A stretch of DNA of 57,621 nucleotides from Parcubacteria group bacterium GW2011_GWA2_47_21 (GTDB taxonomy: Bacteria > Patescibacteriota > Minisyncoccia > Phycocordibacterales > DSPV01): contig LCOC01000004.1 of assembly GCA_001000545.1 (NCBI GenBank), positions 1-57,621 of the forward strand. Reading direction: 5' to 3'. Positions within the stretch are counted from its first letter, which is position 1; every line of letters begins with the position of its first letter. The notes below the pieces were generated by a model. The model had not been told where the DNA came from. It made no database searches and saw nothing but the letters and a program-made list of their open reading frames with translations. Shown here piece after piece: positions 17,538 to 26,232 of the stretch. Position numbers and translations under genes: made by a program.

Positions 17538-18476
17538 TCACAAGGAATTAATGACCGATTCGGGCTTTTCACCTCTCGCGATATGTTCAAAATTTTTGAC
17601 GGCAAACATCATCGCCGCTTCATAGGTTTCTTTAGCTGCGCCGGCGACATGGGGGGTGATAATTACGTTTTTAAGCGAGAGCAGCCTCGCATCAATCTTT
17701 TTTTTGTCGGTTACGACATCAAGACCAAGACCCCCAAGTTTGTCCTCTTTAAGCGCGGCATACAAGGCCTGGTCATCGATGAGTTCAGGTCGCGCGGTAT
17801 TAATGAGAATTACCCCCTTTTTCATTAAACCAAATTCCTTTTTTCCTATTATGCCGGCTGTTTGCGGGTTATTTCTAAGATGAAGAGTTATGATGTCAGA
17901 GTTTTCTATAAGTTCATTGAGAGGGGATGAGTTTGGCACTGGCTTTATATCGTTAATTAAGATTTTCGCGCCAAAGCTTTGTAATCGTTCCGACACTTTT
18001 GATCCGATGTTGCCGTAGCCAATAATACCGACTGTTTTTCCATGAAGCGTATTAAGGTTCATTCCATAATCCTGGTCCATACCTTTCCCTTGGCGTCCCC
18101 GCTCGAGGTTCCCCGGTAAACCGCGCAAAACCGCCAGAATTAAAAGGATGGTGTATTCAGCTACAGCGATGGCGTTTGCGCCGCCATTATTAGCGACTGG
18201 TATTCCTTTTTTTGTTGCGCCTTCCACATTAAACTTATCATAACCGGAACTTAGGAGCTGGATAAGTTTAAGCCGGTTCCCGTAAAGGTGTTCAGGTAAA
18301 TACTTGCCGCTCGGAGTGAAAATGGCGATATCAGTCTCCTTTAAGGCACGCTCGAATTGGCTGTCGGGGGCGGAGAAGGGCAGTCGCTCAACAGTGAAAG
18401 ATTTTGGAATTAGATCAATGAGAAAATCGACGTATTGGCGTGGCAGTTTGTCTTTATATGAGAAAACAGTTTTCAT
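17538..18476 (-). CDS. D-isomer-specific 2-hydroxyacid dehydrogenase (glycerate/phosphoglycerate dehydrogenase-like)
   Basis: GKTVGIIGYGNIGSKV NAD-binding motif, INTARPELID and ITPHVAG catalytic-domain blocks. Confidence 0.85.
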   Translation of the reverse strand: MKTVFSYKDKLPRQYVDFLIDLIPKSFTVERLPFSAPDSQFERALKETDIAIFTPSGKYLPEHLYGNRLKLIQLLSSGYDKFNVEGATKKGIPVANNGGANAIAVAEYTILLILAVLRGLPGNLERGRQGKGMDQDYGMNLNTLHGKTVGIIGYGNIGSKVSERLQSFGAKILINDIKPVPNSSPLNELIENSDIITLHLRNNPQTAGIIGKKEFGLMKKGVILINTARPELIDDQALYAALKEDKLGGLGLDVVTDKKKIDARLLSLKNVIITPHVAGAAKETYEAAMMFAVKNFEHIARGEKPESVINSL

Positions 18477-18556
18477 TTCTTAAGTTAAAGATCGATGATA
18501 CTATAGCATGAAAGGAGATTGTAATCGCATCTTTTTTTCGGTTGCGAAATGTCATT

Positions 18557-19462
18557 ATGATTAGTTATATCCAGATGGTGGGCAATTTCGATGAAAAAAT
18601 TAAAAACGTCAGCCGACGCCTTAGGCGGCGTTTTTTTAGCCCGCTACAAGGCTTGGTAGAAGGATTTTTTGCTTTAGTCTGGTCAATGCTTCCCTTAAAA
18701 ATTAAGGCAAACCTTCTTGAGAAGGATTCATGTTTCAGTCGGCTTAACTGGCAGAGGGGCCATATCCTTATGGGAGTTAATTCCTATCAAGCAATGAGAC
18801 GTTTGGATGCCCTAAAAAGCGAACCTTATACGGCGGCATGGATAGAAAATGACATTATGGCGGGTGATGTTTTTTATGACATCGGCGCTAGCACCGGCCC
18901 CTTTTCGCTATTGGCCTTTGCCAGTACAGGCGGGAAGGCCAAGGTTTATGCATTCGAGCCGGTGGCGTCATCATTTGCTTTGCTTGTTGGAAACGTTTCA
19001 ATAAATGATGCCTCAGGTCTAGTGGTGCCGCTTAAAATCGCTCTCGCAGATCGAACAGGATTCACGTCTTTTGCTTACGGCAGTTTGTCTGCCGGGACCA
19101 CTAAACACCCGGGTCTTTTACCGCCAACCGCTTTCGGGATATTGAAAAATCTTGGAACCAGGGAAATTTTTTCCGAACTGATGTATGTATGGGCCTTGGA
19201 TGATTTTGTTGAGAGGGCCAAAATTTTATTACCAACCCATGTAAAAATTGATGTTGACGGGTCAGAGGTCGGAGTGCTTTCTGGCGCAAGAAAAGTGCTT
19301 TCTAATCCGAATTTAAGATTGGTTCAGGTGGAGGTTAGAAAGGGAGACGGTGGAACGGTGGAAGGGGTGTTTACAATAATGAGAGACGCGGGATTTAAAT
19401 TAATAGCCAAATATAGGGATGAAAGTCAACGAGCGGCCGATTATTTGTTTCGGCGAACGTAA
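18557..19462 (+). CDS. FkbM-family methyltransferase
   Basis: FYDIGASTGPFSL, VYAFEPVASSFALLVGNVSIN, HVKIDVDGSE. The start is uncertain (TTG 18542, ATG 18557 or ATG 18575). Confidence 0.7.
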   Translation: MISYIQMVGNFDEKIKNVSRRLRRRFFSPLQGLVEGFFALVWSMLPLKIKANLLEKDSCFSRLNWQRGHILMGVNSYQAMRRLDALKSEPYTAAWIENDIMAGDVFYDIGASTGPFSLLAFASTGGKAKVYAFEPVASSFALLVGNVSINDASGLVVPLKIALADRTGFTSFAYGSLSAGTTKHPGLLPPTAFGILKNLGTREIFSELMYVWALDDFVERAKILLPTHVKIDVDGSEVGVLSGARKVLSNPNLRLVQVEVRKGDGGTVEGVFTIMRDAGFKLIAKYRDESQRAADYLFRRT

Positions 19463-19471
19463 ATAAATTTG

Positions 19472-20851
19472 ATGTCTGACAGCAACAGAGAAAAAAAAAT
19501 TGTTTTTTTTGTCAAATCCGTAAGGTTCCTTCGCTACTTCAAGAGCGTGCTCACGGCATTTCTCGAAATGGATTACAGAGTGACCGCGGTCTTTGATGCA
19601 AGTAAAATTGAGCCGGTCTCGGACGATTCGCTGAAGAATCTTCAAAGCAGATTCCCTTTTTTTGCGTGGAAAAATGGTCCTCTTAGAACTGATATCTTTA
19701 GGCGTTTGGTTATCGCTAGTCGTAATATTCTTAACTATCAGTTTCTATTGCGCAGGGGGGTGGTGGCGTGGCGTTTGAAAAGGCATTTTGATTACTTGCC
19801 GATTTTCTTGCAGAAATTTATCCTCATAGTAACACCTTTCGCAAAAGTGTTAATTAAATCCGGCGTGGCTGAATTCGTATGTCGGTCTGTGGAAAAAATT
19901 GTTCCTCCAGATGAGGGTATTACGTCTTTTTTACGATCTTTGAAATCCGACGCTTTAATTGTTTCCTACCGAAGCTTTCCTTGCTTGTCGCCGGATATAG
20001 ATTATGTCAAGTCTGGTATGGCTTTGGGCATCCCGACCACAATTATTATCCCTTCTTGGGATCAGCCGACCACTAAGTCCCTTATCCAAATCATTCCGGA
20101 TAAGGTTTTTGTTTGGAACGAAGAGCACGCATCTGTTTTATCGCGTGAACACGCCGTACCGCGGAATAAAATTGTTATATCTGGCGCACCCCAGTTTGAC
20201 GTTTTTTTTGAACGCAAAACCCCCTTTCGTTCCATCAATGATTTTTTAAGCATTTATAGGATTACGGCAGGACCTCCTTTTGTTCTATACATTGCGTCGT
20301 CTGGTGAGCGAGATAGCGCTCTGGTAAAGGAATTATCACTAACTTTAAGCAGTAATTCTGATGGGGCGCTTCAATCGATAACTATCCTGGTACGGCCGTA
20401 TCCGGGAAGAGAAAACTGTTTTGCTGACCTTAAACTTCAAAATGTTAAAGTTTTACCTGCTCCTCTGGAAGGCCGCCGCTCGCTCGATGATGATCAAGAT
20501 TTTTTCGATGCCATCTACCATTCTTTTGCGACAATTGCCCTGTCTAGCACGGCTTTACTGGATACCATTGCCATAGGTCGTCCGTCTATTATGTATTTTG
20601 ATAAACGTCATAAAGAAATCCAAAGCGATGCCCATTTGGAGACGCTTTATCGAAGCGGCGCTTTTTACACGGCCTATAATCTTACGGAACTTATGCCAGT
20701 TCTTAAGAGGATTAATGCCGGGGATGATTTTTTGCGGGAGAAGCGACATGATTACATTTGCAAATTTATTAGGCCGCAAGGTTCGACTAAGAGTGCGGCG
20801 GCGGTGGTAGTTGAGGAAATTGGCAAGCTGCTTTCTTCGCGTGTTAATTAA
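19472..20851 (+). CDS. GT-B-like putative glycosyl/glycerophospho-transferase, SWD-motif family, paralog 3 (most divergent)
   Basis: IIPSWDQPTTKS, SGAPQFDVF, ILVRPYPGRE, LSSTALLDTIAIGRPSIMYFD. The C-terminal tail is divergent. Confidence 0.5.
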   Translation: MSDSNREKKIVFFVKSVRFLRYFKSVLTAFLEMDYRVTAVFDASKIEPVSDDSLKNLQSRFPFFAWKNGPLRTDIFRRLVIASRNILNYQFLLRRGVVAWRLKRHFDYLPIFLQKFILIVTPFAKVLIKSGVAEFVCRSVEKIVPPDEGITSFLRSLKSDALIVSYRSFPCLSPDIDYVKSGMALGIPTTIIIPSWDQPTTKSLIQIIPDKVFVWNEEHASVLSREHAVPRNKIVISGAPQFDVFFERKTPFRSINDFLSIYRITAGPPFVLYIASSGERDSALVKELSLTLSSNSDGALQSITILVRPYPGRENCFADLKLQNVKVLPAPLEGRRSLDDDQDFFDAIYHSFATIALSSTALLDTIAIGRPSIMYFDKRHKEIQSDAHLETLYRSGAFYTAYNLTELMPVLKRINAGDDFLREKRHDYICKFIRPQGSTKSAAAVVVEEIGKLLSSRVN

Positions 20852-20858
20852 TTTTTTT

Positions 20859-22271
20859 ATGAAGACCATATTAATTCCAATAAACAGCAATTTTTTTGCC
20901 AGGAACTTTCTTCGCACCGACGCTTTCAAGATTCTTAAGGCGAGACAAGATTTGCGGGTTGTTCTTTTGGTGCCGCCGTCCAAACTTTCTTACTACCGCA
21001 AGGAATTCGGGAGCCAACAGGTCATTGTTGATAATCTGGCATTAACCAGAGACAGCGCCGTTGAGAATTTCTTTCGTTTTTTGGAAAGGAACAGTATTGT
21101 TACCAATCGAGTGAAAATGGACCAAATCACGGCTCTTTATAAGAGGAAGAAGGAGCCGGTTCTTAAGGCGACAATCCGGTTTTTGTTGCGTCTTGTTAAT
21201 TTCTTGGCCGCGCGAGCCCTTTATTATTTTGGCCACCTCGGCATGTCTTGGAGATTCCTTGTCAGATGGCTCTACAGTTTAGTGCCGACACATTACTACG
21301 TCCAGGTCTTTGCCGCCTACAAACCCGATTTGATTTTTTGTCCCACTTTGGTGTGGCATGAGGACTACTGTCTTATCCGGGAGGCCAGAAAGTCGGGTGT
21401 CAAAACGGCCGGCATGATTTTTTCCTGGGACAGTTTTTACAGCAAGACATTTTTTTTGGCCTACCCGGGCCATCTTTTTGTTCAGACGCCGGAAATCGCA
21501 AATCAGGCCAAACAGCTTGCAAATTATCCGTACGAAATAGATGTGGTCGGTTTTCCTCAATACGACAGTCATTTTCAGAAGCGGGGAATAATTCCTCGCG
21601 CCGAGTTTTTAAAACAATTTGGAGCGGACCCGGCGAAAAAATTGATTCTTTACGCCTTCTCCGGCAAAGCGGGACTGGATATTGAGTTTGATGTTTTGGA
21701 TATTATGGCCAAGGCGATTAGAAGCGGAGAAATTAAAGGCGCGCCTGAAGTTCTCATCCGACCGTACCCGCGCTTTGATTTTTCGGAGGCGAAATTAAGC
21801 GATTTGAAGCGCCGCTATGGATTTAGAGCGGCCGCCTCCACTTCGAATATCGGCGCTGATTCCTCCGCTGATTGGGAGATGGATGACAGGGCCATTTCGC
21901 TTTTAGTCAACAGCTTGGCGCACGCCGATTTGATAATCACCATGTACTCAACGTTTTTTATTGAAGGGGCAATTTTCAACAAGCCCTTAATTGCCGTCGG
22001 CTTTGACGGGTTTAAGACGCGGCCATATCCCTTGTCCGCCAAGCGGTTTTTTAATTGGGACCATCTCAAGGATTTAAAGGCGCAGGGCGGCATATCAATT
22101 GTTTCCTCAGCGGAGGAGTTTATTGCCGCGATTAATCGGTCATTAGCCGAACCGGCGTATCTAGCGGCGGGGCGAGGGCGAATCGTCAGCGAGCACTGCT
22201 ATTTTAAGGATGGAATGTCGGGGAAACGCCTGGCGGAGGCCCTGATTAAGGCCTTGCCAAGACAACAATGA
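20859..22271 (+). CDS. GT-B-like putative glycosyl/glycerophospho-transferase, SWD-motif family, paralog 4
   Basis: MIFSWDSFYSKT, VGFPQYDSH, VLIRPYPRFD, MYSTFFIEGAIFNKPLIAVGFDG. Start trimmed to ATG 20859, 7 nt after the paralog 3 stop. Confidence 0.55.
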   Translation: MKTILIPINSNFFARNFLRTDAFKILKARQDLRVVLLVPPSKLSYYRKEFGSQQVIVDNLALTRDSAVENFFRFLERNSIVTNRVKMDQITALYKRKKEPVLKATIRFLLRLVNFLAARALYYFGHLGMSWRFLVRWLYSLVPTHYYVQVFAAYKPDLIFCPTLVWHEDYCLIREARKSGVKTAGMIFSWDSFYSKTFFLAYPGHLFVQTPEIANQAKQLANYPYEIDVVGFPQYDSHFQKRGIIPRAEFLKQFGADPAKKLILYAFSGKAGLDIEFDVLDIMAKAIRSGEIKGAPEVLIRPYPRFDFSEAKLSDLKRRYGFRAAASTSNIGADSSADWEMDDRAISLLVNSLAHADLIITMYSTFFIEGAIFNKPLIAVGFDGFKTRPYPLSAKRFFNWDHLKDLKAQGGISIVSSAEEFIAAINRSLAEPAYLAAGRGRIVSEHCYFKDGMSGKRLAEALIKALPRQQ

Positions 22272-23161
22272 CAATCAAGAATAAATTATTCTCTATCTTC
22301 AAATGGACGCACGGTAAACTTTTCGGAAGAAATCTGGGCGCTATCCCATTTTTAAGATTGCTCAAAAGGGCGACTTTTAAATTGCTTAAGCCCCGCGGCA
22401 TAGTGCCGGTTTCGGTTTTCGGAGGCCGGCTTTTTATTGATTCAACGGATGACGCGGGCGGAGTGGATTTGCTTCTTCACGGTGTCTACAGCCCATTTGA
22501 AACTGAAATTATAAAAAGAATCGTTAAACCGGGGATGATGGCTGCCGACATCGGAGCTCATATCGGTTACTTCACGCTGCTTTTGGCAAAACTTGTGGGC
22601 CCGGAGGGCCGGGTGCACGCCTTTGAGCCGGAGCCGGCCAACTTCAAACTGCTTTCTAGAAATGTTGAGGAAAATAAATTAGCCAATGTGACTTTATACA
22701 ACCTGGCGCTTTCGGACCAGGAAGGGACGCATGAACTTTATTTGGATGCCTCCAATCTAGGCAACCCGTCATTTTCAGAAAGAAACCTTCCCCCGGGCGC
22801 TAAAAAAGGGAGTGTCTCGGTCAGAACCGGTAAGTTGGATAATGTGATTAAAACGTTTGATTTTATTAAAATTGACGTTCAAGGGGCGGAGGGGTTGGCG
22901 CTTGCCGGCGCCGCCGGCACTCTTAAGGGCGTTAAGGCCATAGTTATGGAATTTTGGCCCTACGGCCTTCGAAACCAAGGCACCAACCCTCTTCAATTGC
23001 TGGAATACCTGATGTCTTTTGGCTTTTCCCTTTATGTAATGAGCGAGGCAAAAAAAGAGTTAAAGAAGAAGTCGCCGGCGGAATTATTGAATGTCTCCCG
23101 AAACAGGCCTGGGGGGAAGGGTTGGGCTGACGTTCTTTGTTACAAAGGCGCTCTTCGGTAG
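22268..23161 (+). CDS. FkbM-family methyltransferase
   Basis: AADIGAHIGYFTL, VHAFEPEPANFKLLSRNVEEN, FIKIDVQGAE. ATGA start/stop overlap with paralog 4. Confidence 0.8.
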   Translation: MTIKNKLFSIFKWTHGKLFGRNLGAIPFLRLLKRATFKLLKPRGIVPVSVFGGRLFIDSTDDAGGVDLLLHGVYSPFETEIIKRIVKPGMMAADIGAHIGYFTLLLAKLVGPEGRVHAFEPEPANFKLLSRNVEENKLANVTLYNLALSDQEGTHELYLDASNLGNPSFSERNLPPGAKKGSVSVRTGKLDNVIKTFDFIKIDVQGAEGLALAGAAGTLKGVKAIVMEFWPYGLRNQGTNPLQLLEYLMSFGFSLYVMSEAKKELKKKSPAELLNVSRNRPGGKGWADVLCYKGALR

Positions 23162-23170
23162 GGAGTCCAA

Positions 23171-24346
23171 ATGCAATTCAACGAGCCAATAAAATTTTTC
23201 TTTTACGCGGGGCTGTTACTGCTTGCGAGCCCCGTTCTTTTGTTATGGGCTCGTTTCAGAAAAGGCAAATTAAGACCGACCGCGCCGAAGATTTTGGTCA
23301 TACCGGTTCTAACCAGAGTCGGAGATTTAGTAAGCGCTACGCCGGTCTTTCGGGAGATTAAGATAAAGTATTCCAAAAGTTATTTGACCGTGATTTCTGC
23401 CGGCAAGGCCATTGGGGTTTTGGAGAATAATCCTAGAATTGACGAACTCATTAATATCAATAAAGAGCCGTTCCGGGGTCTCTTTGGCCGGGGCCGGCTT
23501 TATCTTCACTTGATGAAAAAGGGGTTTGACTTCGCTTTCACTTTGCCGCCCTCTCCGTTCGGTTCTCTGCTCGCATTGAGTTCTTTGGCGCCGTTTAGAG
23601 TTAAGACCGTTTTTCCCAGCCGGTCAATGGCCGAGAGATTGACCGATTGGCTTAATACCGAACTGAAGCCCTACAAGGCGGGAGAATTTTTACCCGGCCA
23701 TTATTTGTCTTTACTTCAAACGGTGGGTATTAACGGGGCCGATGTAGTAAAAGAGGTCTTTATTACCGCTGAAGGTGAAAAAAAGGTCAGCGAGTTTCTT
23801 GCCTCTAACGGCATTTCTGGTGGCGATTTTCTTGTCGGTATCGCTCCTTCCGCCGGTTCAAAAAGAAAAGAGTGGCCGATGGAAAGATTCGCGGTCGTGG
23901 CAGACGCGCTGGCGGAGAAATTCAAGGCCAGGGTTGTTATAATAGACGGCGCGGCGGGTAGAGAAAAAGCCGGCAAGTTTCAGTCAATGATTAAGGGCAG
24001 CCGAACGGCCTTCGCGGCGGTTGATTTTAACTTGAGAGAGTTGTCGTCGCTTATGAAAAGATTGTCGCTTTTCATATCGGTTGATACCGGTCCGATTCAT
24101 ATCGCCGAGGCGCTTGGCGTGCCGGCGGTAGATATTTTGGGCACGGAGACCCCGGGGGAAATGGCGCCGCGCTCTGTCCGTTGTTTAGTCCTTCAACCAA
24201 GAGGGGTGCCGCCGGTTTTTTCGGTTACCGGAGTGGTGGGCGCTCTTAATCGCGCCAGAGAGGCGGTGCTGTCAATAACCGTTCTAGATGTGCTGGGCGC
24301 GGTTGATGAATTGGTTAAAAGAGGCGCGATAAAAATTAAAAATTAA
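23171..24346 (+). CDS. family-9 glycosyltransferase (heptosyltransferase-like)
   Basis: ILVIPVLTRVGDLVSATPVFREIK N-terminal block, SAGSKRKEWPMERF, FISVDTGPIHIAEALGVPAVDILG. Confidence 0.7.
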   Translation: MQFNEPIKFFFYAGLLLLASPVLLLWARFRKGKLRPTAPKILVIPVLTRVGDLVSATPVFREIKIKYSKSYLTVISAGKAIGVLENNPRIDELININKEPFRGLFGRGRLYLHLMKKGFDFAFTLPPSPFGSLLALSSLAPFRVKTVFPSRSMAERLTDWLNTELKPYKAGEFLPGHYLSLLQTVGINGADVVKEVFITAEGEKKVSEFLASNGISGGDFLVGIAPSAGSKRKEWPMERFAVVADALAEKFKARVVIIDGAAGREKAGKFQSMIKGSRTAFAAVDFNLRELSSLMKRLSLFISVDTGPIHIAEALGVPAVDILGTETPGEMAPRSVRCLVLQPRGVPPVFSVTGVVGALNRAREAVLSITVLDVLGAVDELVKRGAIKIKN

Positions 24347-24414
24347 AAATCATAACTCAAACATAAAATATTTCTTTGTTTTACGCTTTACGCTTTTAGT
24401 TTTAAGTTTATATT

Positions 24415-26232
24415 ATGCGCTTGCCCTATTTTTTAAAGAAATCGCTCCAAATCTCGGAAAAGCTTTTTCGCCCTTACATCGGCCGATTTTTCCTGCTGGC
24501 CGGCGTCGGTTTTTTGACCGGTTTTGCCGACAGCGTGGGTATTTCTCTTCTCATACCGCTTTTCGCTTTTTTTGTCGGTTCAAGCGAGGCCGTGCCGAGC
24601 ACCTTCGCTACCGATTTTGTTCAAGGCCTTTTTAGCCGTTTTCACATTGATTTAACTTTCCAATTGCTTCTTATCATCGTTGTGTCGGTCTTTATTTTTA
24701 AAACCGCTTTTCTGGCTTTTTTCGGCAGTTTGCGCATCAAAGCCACCGTCGCTTATTATCGAGACGTCCAAAAGAAAATTTTTAAAGAGACCCTTTCCGC
24801 CGATTATCGCTATCTTTCGGGAGAGAAAGCCGGCCGTTTGGTGAGTTTGCTCACGACCGACGCCAAACAAAGCGTCCGGCTTTTGGACAATTTAATCGGT
24901 TTGGTTTTCATCTTCACTTCCGTGGCGGCTTATCTCGCGGTGGCTTTTTCGTTGTCGGCGAGCATCACGCTGGTCACTTTAGCGGTGGGTTTTGCGGTTC
25001 TGCTTCTTTTCCGGCCGGCGGTTCGTCTGATTCGCAGTTATACCAGAGAGCTCATCGCTTTACGCCACGAGCTTTTTCAATTTTTAAACGAGAGTATTTT
25101 AGGCCTTAAAACGATTAAAGCGATGAGCGTGGAGGAGGCCCTCATCAAAAAATCTTCCGAGTGGCTTCAGCGTACGGAGAAAATTGAAATGAAACGCCAG
25201 TACGTGAAATTTTTCAGCAAGACGGCGCTGGAACCGATTACGATTTTTTACATTCTGGCGGTTTTTTCCATCTCTTATTTTTATTTGGATTTCAACATCG
25301 TGAGTTTTATCGCCATTGTCTATATCATCCAGAAGATTTTCAGCAATGTTGAGAAATTGCAATCGGCGATTCATCTTATGAACACGGAATTGCTTCACGC
25401 CGTGGCGGTTACCGACCTGCTCTCTCAGATTGCCTTAAATAAAAAGGAGCAAACCGGTAGCCGCCCGTTTGCCCTCAAAGAAGGTCTGGAGTTTAGAAAT
25501 GTCGGTTTCAGCTACGCCTCGGGGCGCGGTTTCGTTAAAGATGTGTCGTTCAAAATTAAAAAGGGAGATTATGTCGGTATTGTCGGCCGCTCCGGTTCCG
25601 GTAAGACGACCATCGTTGACCTATTGCTTCGGCTGCTGGTGCCGGACTCGGGCGCGATTTTAGCGGACGGGATTGATGTCAAAGATTTAGATTTGAATTC
25701 GTGGCGGCAGAATGTCGTTTATGTGCCGCAAGACGCTTTTCTTTTCAATGATACGGTTTTAGCCAATATTTCTTTTTACGACGGTGCTGTGGGGCGGGCG
25801 GAAGTGAGCGAGGCGGCAAGGTCGGCTCACATTCTTGAAGTAATCAATAAATTGCCAAAAGGGTTTGACACGCCGATTGGCGAGCGCGGCACCGCTCTTT
25901 CCGGCGGCGAGCGCCAGCGCGTCGCTTTGGCCAGAGCGCTTGCCAGAAAGCCGGCTATTTTGGTTTTGGACGAGGCGACTAGCGCCGTTGACGTCCATTC
26001 GGAACAACTCATACAAGAGACCATCAAGCATTTGCGCGGTAAGACGACGGTCATCGTCATCGCCCACCGGCTTTCTTCTGTTTTGGATGCCGACAAAATT
26101 ATTACTATTGACGGGGGGCGGGTGATTGAAGAAGGCCGGCCCGCCGATTTGGCCAAAATCCCCGGCTCTTATTTAGCCCAAGCGATTGCCGCCGGCGCTC
26201 GCGGTGCTTCTCTATGGTTGCCAACAGAATGA
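24415..26232 (+). CDS. ABC exporter, fused permease/ATPase (MsbA/PglK-type)
   Basis: About 300 aa of N-terminal TM helices, Walker A GRSGSGKTT, signature LSGGERQRVALARAL, Walker B ILVLDEATSAVD, H-loop AHRLS. Confidence 0.9.
   Translation: MRLPYFLKKSLQISEKLFRPYIGRFFLLAGVGFLTGFADSVGISLLIPLFAFFVGSSEAVPSTFATDFVQGLFSRFHIDLTFQLLLIIVVSVFIFKTAFLAFFGSLRIKATVAYYRDVQKKIFKETLSADYRYLSGEKAGRLVSLLTTDAKQSVRLLDNLIGLVFIFTSVAAYLAVAFSLSASITLVTLAVGFAVLLLFRPAVRLIRSYTRELIALRHELFQFLNESILGLKTIKAMSVEEALIKKSSEWLQRTEKIEMKRQYVKFFSKTALEPITIFYILAVFSISYFYLDFNIVSFIAIVYIIQKIFSNVEKLQSAIHLMNTELLHAVAVTDLLSQIALNKKEQTGSRPFALKEGLEFRNVGFSYASGRGFVKDVSFKIKKGDYVGIVGRSGSGKTTIVDLLLRLLVPDSGAILADGIDVKDLDLNSWRQNVVYVPQDAFLFNDTVLANISFYDGAVGRAEVSEAARSAHILEVINKLPKGFDTPIGERGTALSGGERQRVALARALARKPAILVLDEATSAVDVHSEQLIQETIKHLRGKTTVIVIAHRLSSVLDADKIITIDGGRVIEEGRPADLAKIPGSYLAQAIAAGARGASLWLPTE

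Noticed and set aside
25759-26156. Antisense and alternative-frame ORFs inside the ABC exporter gene (25759..26067 -, 25827..26156 -, 25865..26125 +). The same kind of shadow ORF occurs inside secA, eno, the carbamoyltransferase and most long genes.
   Set aside because: They overlap reading frames that carry unambiguous conserved motifs (Walker A/B and others). They have Arg/Ser/Pro-rich composition typical of off-frame translation and no start context.
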